This document shows, one piece after another, positions 39,065 to 47,276 of a stretch of DNA of 64,000 nucleotides. The number at the start of each line of letters is the position of its first letter. Position 1 is the first letter of the stretch. Below the pieces are notes generated by a model. The model was not told the DNA's origin. It was given only the letters and a program-made list of their open reading frames with translations, and searched no databases. Source of the DNA: Candidatus Eiseniibacteriota bacterium. GTDB lineage: Bacteria; Eisenbacteria; RBG-16-71-46. The DNA lies in contig JANMQY010000144.1 in assembly GCA_031370785.1 (NCBI GenBank), forward strand, positions 1 through 64,000. Reading direction: 5' to 3'. A program made the position numbers and the translations under genes.

Positions 39065-39808
39065 ATGATGCGGCATGCACTCTGCCTCGCACTGTTCCTG
39101 CTGGTTCCGGCGGCTCTGGCCGTAACGCCTTCCTCCGATCCGAAGGCAGTGGCGATTGCCGATCAGGTGATGAAGGGCCTCGGCGGGCGCGAACGCTGGG
39201 ACGCACTCGAAGGACTGCGCTGGTCGTTCGAGTTCGCGGCGAACGACACGATCAGGAGCTCCCGCGCCCATTCGTGGGACAAGCGGACCGGGTGGCACAA
39301 GGTGTCGGGCAAGAACCGCGCGGGAGTGCCGTTCACGTTCATCGAGCAGTTGGACGGGTCGGGCGGGATGGCGTGGATGAACGCGAACTCCATCGAGGGC
39401 GATTCGCTGGGCAAGCTCATGAAGCGCGCGAAATCGCTATGGACGAACGACACCTACTGGATGCTCATGCCCTACAAGCTTCGCGATCCGGGTGTGCACC
39501 TCAAGTACGACGGCGAGGAGAAGGACGGCAATCGGACTTACGACCGGATCGCGCTCGGCTTCGATCACGTGGGCGAGACGCCGGGCGACCAGTACTGGGT
39601 CTCGGTGAACCGCGCCAACCATCGCATCGAGAAATGGACCTACCTGCTTCAGGGGGAGACCGAAAAGGAGAGCTGGACGTGGGAAGGTTGGGAAGAGCAC
39701 GACGGCCTGTGGTTCCCGACCGTGCACAGGAACGGCGCGAACACTCTGTTCACGCGCCACGTCGAGACGGTGCGCGCGTTCCCGGCCGAGGAATTCAGGA
39801 CACCCTGA
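39065..39808 (+). CDS. Secreted hypothetical protein (possible LolA-like fold)
   Basis: GAGGAGG RBS, signal peptide, LGGRERW, NDTYWMLMPYKLRDPGV, GETPGDQYW. Confidence 0.75.
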   Translation: MMRHALCLALFLLVPAALAVTPSSDPKAVAIADQVMKGLGGRERWDALEGLRWSFEFAANDTIRSSRAHSWDKRTGWHKVSGKNRAGVPFTFIEQLDGSGGMAWMNANSIEGDSLGKLMKRAKSLWTNDTYWMLMPYKLRDPGVHLKYDGEEKDGNRTYDRIALGFDHVGETPGDQYWVSVNRANHRIEKWTYLLQGETEKESWTWEGWEEHDGLWFPTVHRNGANTLFTRHVETVRAFPAEEFRTP

Positions 39809-40524
39809 GAGCCACCCCCGGCGAGCCGTCCCCTGAGAGCGGCAGCGATGGCGTCGACCGCATCCGCCGCTATCGCGTCAGCGAAATCTTCCTGTCCCTG
39901 CAGGGCGAGGGCCCCTCGGCCGGCACGCCGGCCCATTTCGTCCGTCTTCAGGGGTGCGACGTGGGCTGCGCATGGTGCGACACCAAGTACTCGTGGGATG
40001 GGTCGCAGGGCCGCGAGCTCGCAGCCGAGGCGCTGTGGGATGAAGCGCGCGCGCTGGGCGAGGCGCCGATGCTCGTGGTCACGGGCGGCGAGCCGCTCGA
40101 GCATCCTGGCATCGCCGCACTGCTCGAGCAGGCCGCATCACGCTGGGGCCGCGTCGAGGTCGAGACCAGCGGCATCGGGCCGCCGCCGCTCGAGCGCGAG
40201 AACCTCTTCTACAACGTCTCGCCCAAGCTGCCCTCGGCCACGCCAGGCTGGGAGCGCACCTGGCAACATGTGGCGGCGTGGAATGCAGAGCAGCACGCCA
40301 CGTTCAAGATCGTGGTCGGTGACGATCCCGACCTGGACGACGCGCTGCGATTGATCCGCGCCCACGAGATCCCCGCCGCGCGTGTCATGCTCATGCCCGA
40401 GGGTCTCACCGAAGAGGCGCTCCGGCGGCGTGCCGCCACGCTCGCCGAGGCGTGCAAGCGTCACGGTCTGCGAATGAGCCCGCGTCTTCACGTGTGGCTG
40501 TGGGGCGCCAGGCGCGGGGTGTGA
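39805..40524 (+). CDS. queE: 7-carboxy-7-deazaguanine synthase QueE (radical SAM); start non-canonical or frameshifted
   Basis: [37 protein letters not shown]. Confidence 0.9.
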   Translation: MRATPGEPSPESGSDGVDRIRRYRVSEIFLSLQGEGPSAGTPAHFVRLQGCDVGCAWCDTKYSWDGSQGRELAAEALWDEARALGEAPMLVVTGGEPLEHPGIAALLEQAASRWGRVEVETSGIGPPPLERENLFYNVSPKLPSATPGWERTWQHVAAWNAEQHATFKIVVGDDPDLDDALRLIRAHEIPAARVMLMPEGLTEEALRRRAATLAEACKRHGLRMSPRLHVWLWGARRGV

Positions 40525-41207
40525 TGGCGCGCGCGGTGGTGCTCCTTTCGGGAGGGCTGGACTCGGCCACCTGCCTCGCATGGGCTCGCGGCCAGGGGTT
40601 CGAGTGCACGACGCTCGCGGTGGACTACGGGCAGCGCCATCGTATCGAGCTCGAGGCGGCGCGGCGCGTGGCGGCGGCGCTCGGCTCGCGCGACCACCGC
40701 GAGGTGGCGATCGACCTGCGCGCCACTGGCGGTTCCGCGCTCACGGCCGCGATCCCGGTGCCGCGCGGACGCAGCGTCGAGTCGATGGGCAACGGCATTC
40801 CGATCACGTATGTGCCCGCGCGCAATACCGTGTTCCTCGCCCTTGCGCTCGGGCTCGCCGAGACGCTGGATGCGGTCGACCTGGTGGCCGGGATGAATGC
40901 CATCGATTACTCGGGCTATCCCGACTGCCGTCCGGAGTTCCTGCAGGCGTTCGAAGAGCTTGCCGCCCTGGCGACGCGCGCGGGGGTCGAAGGCGCGCGC
41001 TTTCGCGTCCACGCCCCTCTCATGAAGCTGGACAAGGCGGCGATCATCCGGCTCGGGGTCTCGCTCGGCGTGGACTTCGCACTCACGCACTCGTGCTACG
41101 ATCCGGCGCCGGACGGAGCCGCGTGCGGCGCCTGCGACGCGTGCCTGCTCCGGCGAAAAGGTTTCCGCGAGGCGGACATCGTTGATCCCACACGCTATTC
41201 GGCCTGA
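40524..41207 (+). CDS. queC: 7-cyano-7-deazaguanine synthase QueC
   Basis: SGGLDS, TYVPARN, GYPDCR, SCY...CGACDAC. Confidence 0.96.
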   Translation: MARAVVLLSGGLDSATCLAWARGQGFECTTLAVDYGQRHRIELEAARRVAAALGSRDHREVAIDLRATGGSALTAAIPVPRGRSVESMGNGIPITYVPARNTVFLALALGLAETLDAVDLVAGMNAIDYSGYPDCRPEFLQAFEELAALATRAGVEGARFRVHAPLMKLDKAAIIRLGVSLGVDFALTHSCYDPAPDGAACGACDACLLRRKGFREADIVDPTRYSA

Positions 41208-41223
41208 GGCGGAGCCCTGGACC

Positions 41224-41589
41224 ATGCAGGTGGAGCTGATCAGGGAGTACACGTTCGAGGCCGCGCACCGGCTGCCGATGGTGCCGGCGGAGCACAAGTG
41301 CGCGCGCATGCACGGCCACTCGTTCCGGGTTGCGGTGAGCGTGTCCGGAGAGGTGGATCCGCGCACCGGATGGCTGATCGACTTCGGCGACATCACCGCG
41401 GTCGTCGAGCCGCTGCTTCGGCGCGAGCTCGACCATCGCACGTTGAACGACGTGGCCGGTCTCGAGAATCCGACGTCCGAGGCGCTGTGCGGCTGGCTGT
41501 GGGGACGGCTTCGGCCGCATTTCCCGGGGCTTTCCGCGATCACGGTTCACGAGACCTGCACCGCCCGGTGCACCTACCGCGGCCAGTGA
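41224..41589 (+). CDS. queD: 6-carboxytetrahydropterin synthase QueD
   Basis: FEAAHRL, CARMHGHSF, LDH, ENPTSE, HET. Confidence 0.95.
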   Translation: MQVELIREYTFEAAHRLPMVPAEHKCARMHGHSFRVAVSVSGEVDPRTGWLIDFGDITAVVEPLLRRELDHRTLNDVAGLENPTSEALCGWLWGRLRPHFPGLSAITVHETCTARCTYRGQ

Positions 41590-41721
41590 ACCCGGGCGTT
41601 TTCGAAGGAGGAGACCGATCGAATCTGCACCGGATGCGCCGCGCATGTATCCAATGAGCCGACGGTCCGGCCTTGCGCATGATCGTTCGTTGAAGAATCA
41701 GCGCCGCCTGGAGTCCAATCA

Positions 41722-42636
41722 ATGAGCCTCAGAATTTTCGTTACCGGGGCCTCCGGCTACGTCGGAAGCGCCGTCGCCGCGCGCCTCGCGCGGGCGGGCC
41801 ACGAAGTCTACGGACTCACCCGTCATCCCGAACGTCTCTCCGCGCTGGTCGCGCTGGGGGTTCGGCCCGTGCCCGGCGATCTCGCCGATCGCGACTCGTT
41901 CCTCGGCACGCTGCAGAACTGCGATGCCGCGGTGCACGTCGCGTTCGACGCAGCGGCCGCGGCCACACGCGACCAGCTCGCGCTCGAGGCGATCCGCGTC
42001 GCCGCGCAGGACGGGCGCATTCGCCGGCTGCTCTATACCAGCGGCGTGTGGGTGCATGGCGATCGCCATGGCGCCATCACCGATGAGTCCTCGCCGATCG
42101 CGCCGCTGCAGCTCGTCGACTGGCGCGCCGCGCACGAAGAGGTGGCACTCGACCTTTCCGAGTTCGATGTCTCAACCGTGATCCTTCGCCCGGCCATCGT
42201 CTACGGCGAATCGCGGGGAATCATCGGAGCGATGTGGGCCGAGGCGCGCGACCTGCATCGCGTGACCTATCCCGGTGACGGCAGCCAGATCTGGAGCCTG
42301 GTGCACTGCGAGGACGTGGCGGAGGCGTATGCGCTCGCGATCGAGCACGCGCCGGTCGGCTCGCGCTATCTGCTCGCCGACGACCAGCCGCTCTCGGTGC
42401 GCGAGATCGCCGCAGCGATCGCGCGCACGAGCGGCGCCGAGGCAACGCCCTGGCCGCGCGAAGAGGTCCTCGAGAAGCTGGGCCCGTATGGCGAAGCGCT
42501 GCTGTCGGGTGCGCGAGTCAGCGCTGCCAGGGCGCGGCGCGAGCTGGGCTGGGTGCCGCGTCATACCAACTTCGCGAACGAGGCCGATGCGCTCTATCGG
42601 GAGTGGCAGACCTCGCAGGGCACGCCCGTCGCCTGA
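41722..42636 (+). CDS. NAD-dependent epimerase/dehydratase (atypical SDR)
   Basis: VTGASGYVG, YTSGVWVHG, VHCEDVA. Confidence 0.88.
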   Translation: MSLRIFVTGASGYVGSAVAARLARAGHEVYGLTRHPERLSALVALGVRPVPGDLADRDSFLGTLQNCDAAVHVAFDAAAAATRDQLALEAIRVAAQDGRIRRLLYTSGVWVHGDRHGAITDESSPIAPLQLVDWRAAHEEVALDLSEFDVSTVILRPAIVYGESRGIIGAMWAEARDLHRVTYPGDGSQIWSLVHCEDVAEAYALAIEHAPVGSRYLLADDQPLSVREIAAAIARTSGAEATPWPREEVLEKLGPYGEALLSGARVSAARARRELGWVPRHTNFANEADALYREWQTSQGTPVA

Positions 42637-42729
42637 ACGATCGGCACGGATGCCGAACAGGGCCCGGCATGGATGCCGGGCCTCTGTCGTTTTCGCGCGA
42701 CGCTCCGAGCCGCTACATTGCGCGGCGGC

Positions 42730-44544
42730 ATGCCCGCGCTCTCTCGCTTTCTCCAGACCCGGACGCAGCTTCTCGTTGCCGGCGCACTCGTGCTCGTGGC
42801 GCTTCTCGCGCTCGGCATCCTCGCGTTCGGACCGCGCCTCATCGCACCCAGGCTGCGCGCCGCCGCGCACGCGCGCGGCCTCGAGGCCTCGTGGGATGCG
42901 CTCGTCATGCAATTGCCGGCGGGAGCGCGCCTGAGCGGCCTCAGCCTGACCGGTGCCACTGGCGACACGGTGGTCAGCGTGGATTCCCTGCGGGTCGCTC
43001 TCGATCCGCTGTCCCTGCTGCTGCTGCGTGTGCGCTTCGCCTCGATCGATGCGGCCCACGTGCGCCTCGTCCCACCCGAGCGGCGTGCCGCGGACCCGGA
43101 CACGCTTGCCCCGGAGGAACCCCCCGTGCGCGGCCGACCCGATCGATCGGGCCGCGTCCATGAGGCCGCCGACCGGCTGGCTCGTACGCTACTGCTCCCG
43201 GCGCGACGCCTGCCCGAACTGTCCCTGCGCGACGTGCGGGTCGAGACCGGGGACGGAGAGGCGGCGCTCGCGATCGAGAGGCTGGTTCTGCGCCGGGCAC
43301 GGGGCGCCATGGGCCTCGATGCCGAGGGCCGGCTCGAGCGGGAGCCGCGAACTCCGTTCGCGTTCGAGCTGCGCTACGGCGACGATGATCGCCTGACCGG
43401 TCGCGCGCGCTTCGGCATCCCCGACGTCGAGCGCGGCACCACGGATTCCTTGCTGTTCCGGGTGGACGGTGCAGTCGTGCAGGACCGCGCGCGCGGCGTG
43501 GTGAGGATGGCCGATTCGACCCGGGTCACGATCGGTCGCATCCGGCTGCGCATCGGCGGATCGCTCGAGCGGCGCGGGCCGCACGTCCGCTTCGCGCTGG
43601 CCGCGAACGACCTCGACGCCCCGCTCATCCAGAGCAGCCTGCCACGCATGATGCTAGGACCCCTGCTCGATCTGTCGGTGCGCGGCTCGTTCGACTATCG
43701 GATCAGCTTCGATCTCGATGTGTCCGCTCCGGACAGCGTGCGGTTCGATGCCGACGTGATCCCGCACGGGCTCGCCCTCGATCCGGCGCACACCCGGCTC
43801 AACCTCGCCGAGCTCTCCGGACCATTCGTCGCACGGATTCATCTGCCCAGGGACAGGATCGTGATCCGCGATCTGTCCCCGGCCAATACGCACTTCCGCC
43901 CGCTCGAGGCGATCGATTCGTTGCTGACACATGCCGTGCTCACCAACGAGGACGGTGGGTTCTTCCGCCATCACGGGTTCAACACCGAAGCGGTGCGAGG
44001 GGCGATCGCCGACAACATTCGCGCCGGCGCTTACCGGCGGGGCGCGGGAACCATCACCATGCAGCTCGTGCGCAATCTCTACCTCGGCCATGCGCGCACG
44101 CTCTCGCGCAAGGCGCAGGAGGTCGTGCTCTCGTGGGTGCTCGAGCACCTGGTCCGTCTCGACAAGCGCCGGATCCTCGAGATCTACCTCAACATCATCG
44201 AGTGGGGGCCCGACGTGTTCGGCGCGGACGAAGCCACGCACTTCTACTTCGGTCACGACGCGGGGCGGGTGAGCGTTGACGAAGCGCTGTTCCTCGCGAC
44301 GGTGGTGCCGGCCCCGACGAAATGGCGTTACCGGTTCGACGCCGCAGGTGAGCTGCGTCCCTTCGAGCGCGCGCAGATGCACTTCATCGGTCGCGCGATG
44401 GTCGCCAGGGGCTGGCTCGATCCCGCACAGCTGCCTGACCGAGACGTGCTGCGCGTCGAGCTTCGCGGCCCGGCGCGCGAGGCGCTGTTTCCTCGCGACC
44501 CGACTGCCTTGAATTCCGACAATGTCCACGCGCTCTCGAACTGA
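42730..44544 (+). CDS. Monofunctional peptidoglycan transglycosylase (GT51) with long N-terminal beta region
   Basis: EDGGFFRHHG, GAGTITMQLVRNLYL, RKAQE, EIYLNIIEWG; no transpeptidase domain. Confidence 0.88.
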   Translation: MPALSRFLQTRTQLLVAGALVLVALLALGILAFGPRLIAPRLRAAAHARGLEASWDALVMQLPAGARLSGLSLTGATGDTVVSVDSLRVALDPLSLLLLRVRFASIDAAHVRLVPPERRAADPDTLAPEEPPVRGRPDRSGRVHEAADRLARTLLLPARRLPELSLRDVRVETGDGEAALAIERLVLRRARGAMGLDAEGRLEREPRTPFAFELRYGDDDRLTGRARFGIPDVERGTTDSLLFRVDGAVVQDRARGVVRMADSTRVTIGRIRLRIGGSLERRGPHVRFALAANDLDAPLIQSSLPRMMLGPLLDLSVRGSFDYRISFDLDVSAPDSVRFDADVIPHGLALDPAHTRLNLAELSGPFVARIHLPRDRIVIRDLSPANTHFRPLEAIDSLLTHAVLTNEDGGFFRHHGFNTEAVRGAIADNIRAGAYRRGAGTITMQLVRNLYLGHARTLSRKAQEVVLSWVLEHLVRLDKRRILEIYLNIIEWGPDVFGADEATHFYFGHDAGRVSVDEALFLATVVPAPTKWRYRFDAAGELRPFERAQMHFIGRAMVARGWLDPAQLPDRDVLRVELRGPAREALFPRDPTALNSDNVHALSN

Positions 44545-46192
44545 AGCGCAGGCTCGTCCCGCGCGGTCTTCGGATCTCGGATGGCTCGCGTTCAGTGGGG
44601 CGGCACTCGCGGCGCTGCTCTGGGCCTGCCGCGGCGCGCCGTTCGGCGTCCCGGTGGCCGACGACTATCTGTTCCTCGCACGGGCGAGCTTCCAGCATCC
44701 GCTCGAGTGGTTCGATCCGATGGGCGCGGCGTGGTACTGGCGCCCGGTGAGCCGGCAGCTCTACTACTCGGCGCTGGCGCCCGCTTTGCTCCGTGCGCCC
44801 TGGATCGCGGCCGCGCTTCACGTCGCGCTGCTGGCCGCGCTCTATGTGGTGCTGTTCCGGATCGCGCGGCGCATCTGGGATGCGCCCGTGGCGGCCGCGA
44901 TCGCATCCTTCCCGCTGCTCGCCGAGCCCACGCGCGTGCTCATGATCTGGCCGAGCGGAGCGCAGCACCTGATCGCCATGCTCGGAGCTGCATTCGCGGT
45001 GCACGAGACGCTCTCCGGCCGGCGCACCACCGCCGCGATCGCGCTGCTGGTCGCGCTCCTCAGCCACGAGCTGGGCGTGCTCGCGCTGCCCGCCGTGCCT
45101 CTGGTCGCATTCGCTCGCGGGGCGCGCGGGCGCGCGCTCTCCGGCTGGCTCGCAGCAGCCGCCGTGCCCGCGGTGCTGTGGCTCGGCGGCCGCGCGCTGG
45201 CCGCAACTCACGGCATGCGCCTGCCGCCGGGGGGCGACCTCACGCACTTCGCGTGGGGGCAGGTGCCCGAGATCCTCATGCGCTCGCTGACCGCGCAGCT
45301 CAATCTCGAGTCGATCAGCGATCCGGTGCGGACGGCGGTGCGGATCGCCTATCTGCTGATCGCGACGCTCGCGCTGATCATATTCGCGCTCGACAGGGCG
45401 GCGCGTTGGCGGCTGGTGAAGGCGGCGCCGGCGCTCGCCGGCGCTCTGGTCTGGTTCGTGGTGGGCGTGGTTCCTTTCGCCGGTCTGCTGCCCGACTGGA
45501 ACGGGTGGCACGCGGCGCTGCCCGGGCTCGGACTCGGTTTCGCGGCGCTCGGCGCACTCGGCTCGGGCCGGCCATGGCTGGCGGCGGCATTTGCGGCGGC
45601 GCGCCTGGTCGCGCTGCTCGCGCTGCCGGTTCCTCGCGATGTGTCCGGCGTGCCGCCGGCCACCGCCTCGCTGCTGTCCTTCGAGCGCGTGACCCGTCTC
45701 CAGCGCGTGGTCCAATCGACGCACGAGGCGCTCACTGCCCGCTTCGCGACCCTGCCGCATGGCGCCGCGATCCGCTACTGGTCGGTGCCGTTGCTCAGCG
45801 AAGTGGGCTATTCGGACTCACGAGCGCTGCGTGTCTGGTACGGGGATTCGACACTCAGCTGGCGCGCGTTTGGCGGCGAAGCGGGTCTCGAGCAGCGCGT
45901 GGATGCGCTGATCGACTACAACCTGCCGTCGGCCTCTCCGGCAGTGGTGATCGAGCCGATCGCGATCGCCCGGATGCGGGATGCTAGCCGCGCGATGCGT
46001 GCGGGACGCCTCGCTGAGGCCGATTCTCTGCTCATCGCGGCGCTCGAAGCGCAGCCGCGGATTGCGCTTTCTTTCGAGGGCGCAGTGCTGCGCGTGCGGG
46101 CGAGCATCGCTGCGGAACGCGGCGACACGACAGCCGAGCGCGAACTGCTCGCGCGCATCCGGACGCGCCTGCCCGCCCGCGGGGAACGCTGA
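44522..46192 (+). CDS. Multi-TM GT-C-like protein, paralog of 32833-34881
   Basis: VADDYLFL, YWRPVSRQLYY, LLSHE, ALRVWYGDSTL. Confidence 0.62.
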   Translation: MSTRSRTEAQARPARSSDLGWLAFSGAALAALLWACRGAPFGVPVADDYLFLARASFQHPLEWFDPMGAAWYWRPVSRQLYYSALAPALLRAPWIAAALHVALLAALYVVLFRIARRIWDAPVAAAIASFPLLAEPTRVLMIWPSGAQHLIAMLGAAFAVHETLSGRRTTAAIALLVALLSHELGVLALPAVPLVAFARGARGRALSGWLAAAAVPAVLWLGGRALAATHGMRLPPGGDLTHFAWGQVPEILMRSLTAQLNLESISDPVRTAVRIAYLLIATLALIIFALDRAARWRLVKAAPALAGALVWFVVGVVPFAGLLPDWNGWHAALPGLGLGFAALGALGSGRPWLAAAFAAARLVALLALPVPRDVSGVPPATASLLSFERVTRLQRVVQSTHEALTARFATLPHGAAIRYWSVPLLSEVGYSDSRALRVWYGDSTLSWRAFGGEAGLEQRVDALIDYNLPSASPAVVIEPIAIARMRDASRAMRAGRLAEADSLLIAALEAQPRIALSFEGAVLRVRASIAAERGDTTAERELLARIRTRLPARGER

Positions 46193-46440
46193 GCCAGCGC
46201 TCCCTGGGGTTCATTGCTCGCGCGTGATCACGTACGACGCCCCGAACAATGCGACGTCCGCGCAGCCGCGGGCGCAATATAGCGCGTGTCCGGTCTTTGC
46301 ATCGCCGCGACCTCATTGTAGAGTCGGACGGCCCGCGCGCGTCGCGGGATCCGCCTTCGAGTGCCGACCACGCGGAGGAAGCGCCAGATGCCCTGTTCCA
46401 TCGTCGCCGTCGCGCGGGTGGCCGACCGCCAGGGCTGATC

Positions 46441-47241
46441 GTGTTCCACCCGACGAATTCGTCAGGGCCCTTGCTGGGCTATCTCGTCGCCGGCTTCGTG
46501 ATGCTGGTCGCGGGCCTCGCTGCGCTCGCCGTGCGCCGCCGCCGCGCACCGGCGCTGGCCAGCGCCGAATCGACGCGGCGGGCGCTGCGCTACGTGCTGG
46601 TGTTCGGGCTGTGCTCGGCGTCGTTCGGGCGCCTGATCGAGCCTGCGCTGCTCGGTCGCGACCACAGCGCCTGGCTGCTCGCACTCGGCGACGTCCTGTT
46701 CGTGACGCTGGCGCTGTTCGCCTGGGTGATGGCGCTCGCCGAAACCCATCGGCTCTCGGACCTGGGCTTCCGCCGGGCGCCGCCCGGGCGGTTCCTGCTG
46801 GCCCTGGGGTTGGGCCTTGGCGTGGTCGTGCTCTACGGCGCGGGCTCGATTCGCGCCGTGCTCACCGACCGAGTGTCGGTCAACCCGGACAGCCTGGTGT
46901 TCGCGCTTCTGTTCGCGACCGCGGGTTCGGCGCTTCCCGAGGAGATGCTGTTTCGCGGCTATCTGATGGGGTCGCTCGACGGGCGTGTGCAGCGCTGGGC
47001 GCGGGTTGCGATTCCGGCGCTGGCCTTCGCCGTGGTGCGCTCGGCGCGCTTCATTCCGGGCCCGGATCTACCGGTTTCGAGCTGGGTTTTCTACGTGCTG
47101 GGCGAGGTTTTACCGCTTGGCCTGTGGTGGGGGCTGATGCGAGACTTGGCCGGAGGTTCACTATGGCCGTGCCTGGTCTCGCATGCGATGTTGGATTTCT
47201 TCACGGCCCTCGCAAATACCTCCCCGGTTTCCGGTCCCTAG
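46441..47241 (+). CDS. CPBP (Abi/type II CAAX) family intramembrane protease
   Basis: PEEMLFRGY, GLMR..GGSLWPCLVSHAMLD; FxxxH motif reads FAVVR; GTG start inferred. Confidence 0.8.
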   Translation: MFHPTNSSGPLLGYLVAGFVMLVAGLAALAVRRRRAPALASAESTRRALRYVLVFGLCSASFGRLIEPALLGRDHSAWLLALGDVLFVTLALFAWVMALAETHRLSDLGFRRAPPGRFLLALGLGLGVVVLYGAGSIRAVLTDRVSVNPDSLVFALLFATAGSALPEEMLFRGYLMGSLDGRVQRWARVAIPALAFAVVRSARFIPGPDLPVSSWVFYVLGEVLPLGLWWGLMRDLAGGSLWPCLVSHAMLDFFTALANTSPVSGP

Positions 47242-47276
47242 GCCCGCAGGTAATGCTCCCTGAAAGGATGTTCGTG

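Noticed and set aside
39805..41589. 7-deazaguanine DNA-modification (dpd) defence island
   Set aside because: No dpdA/tgt-like or other dpd genes nearby; ordinary preQ0 synthesis is simpler
45981..47276. 1295-aa ORF as a single protein
   Set aside because: The 5' part is an off-frame shadow of the CPBP gene; signal peptide and RBS place the start near 47277
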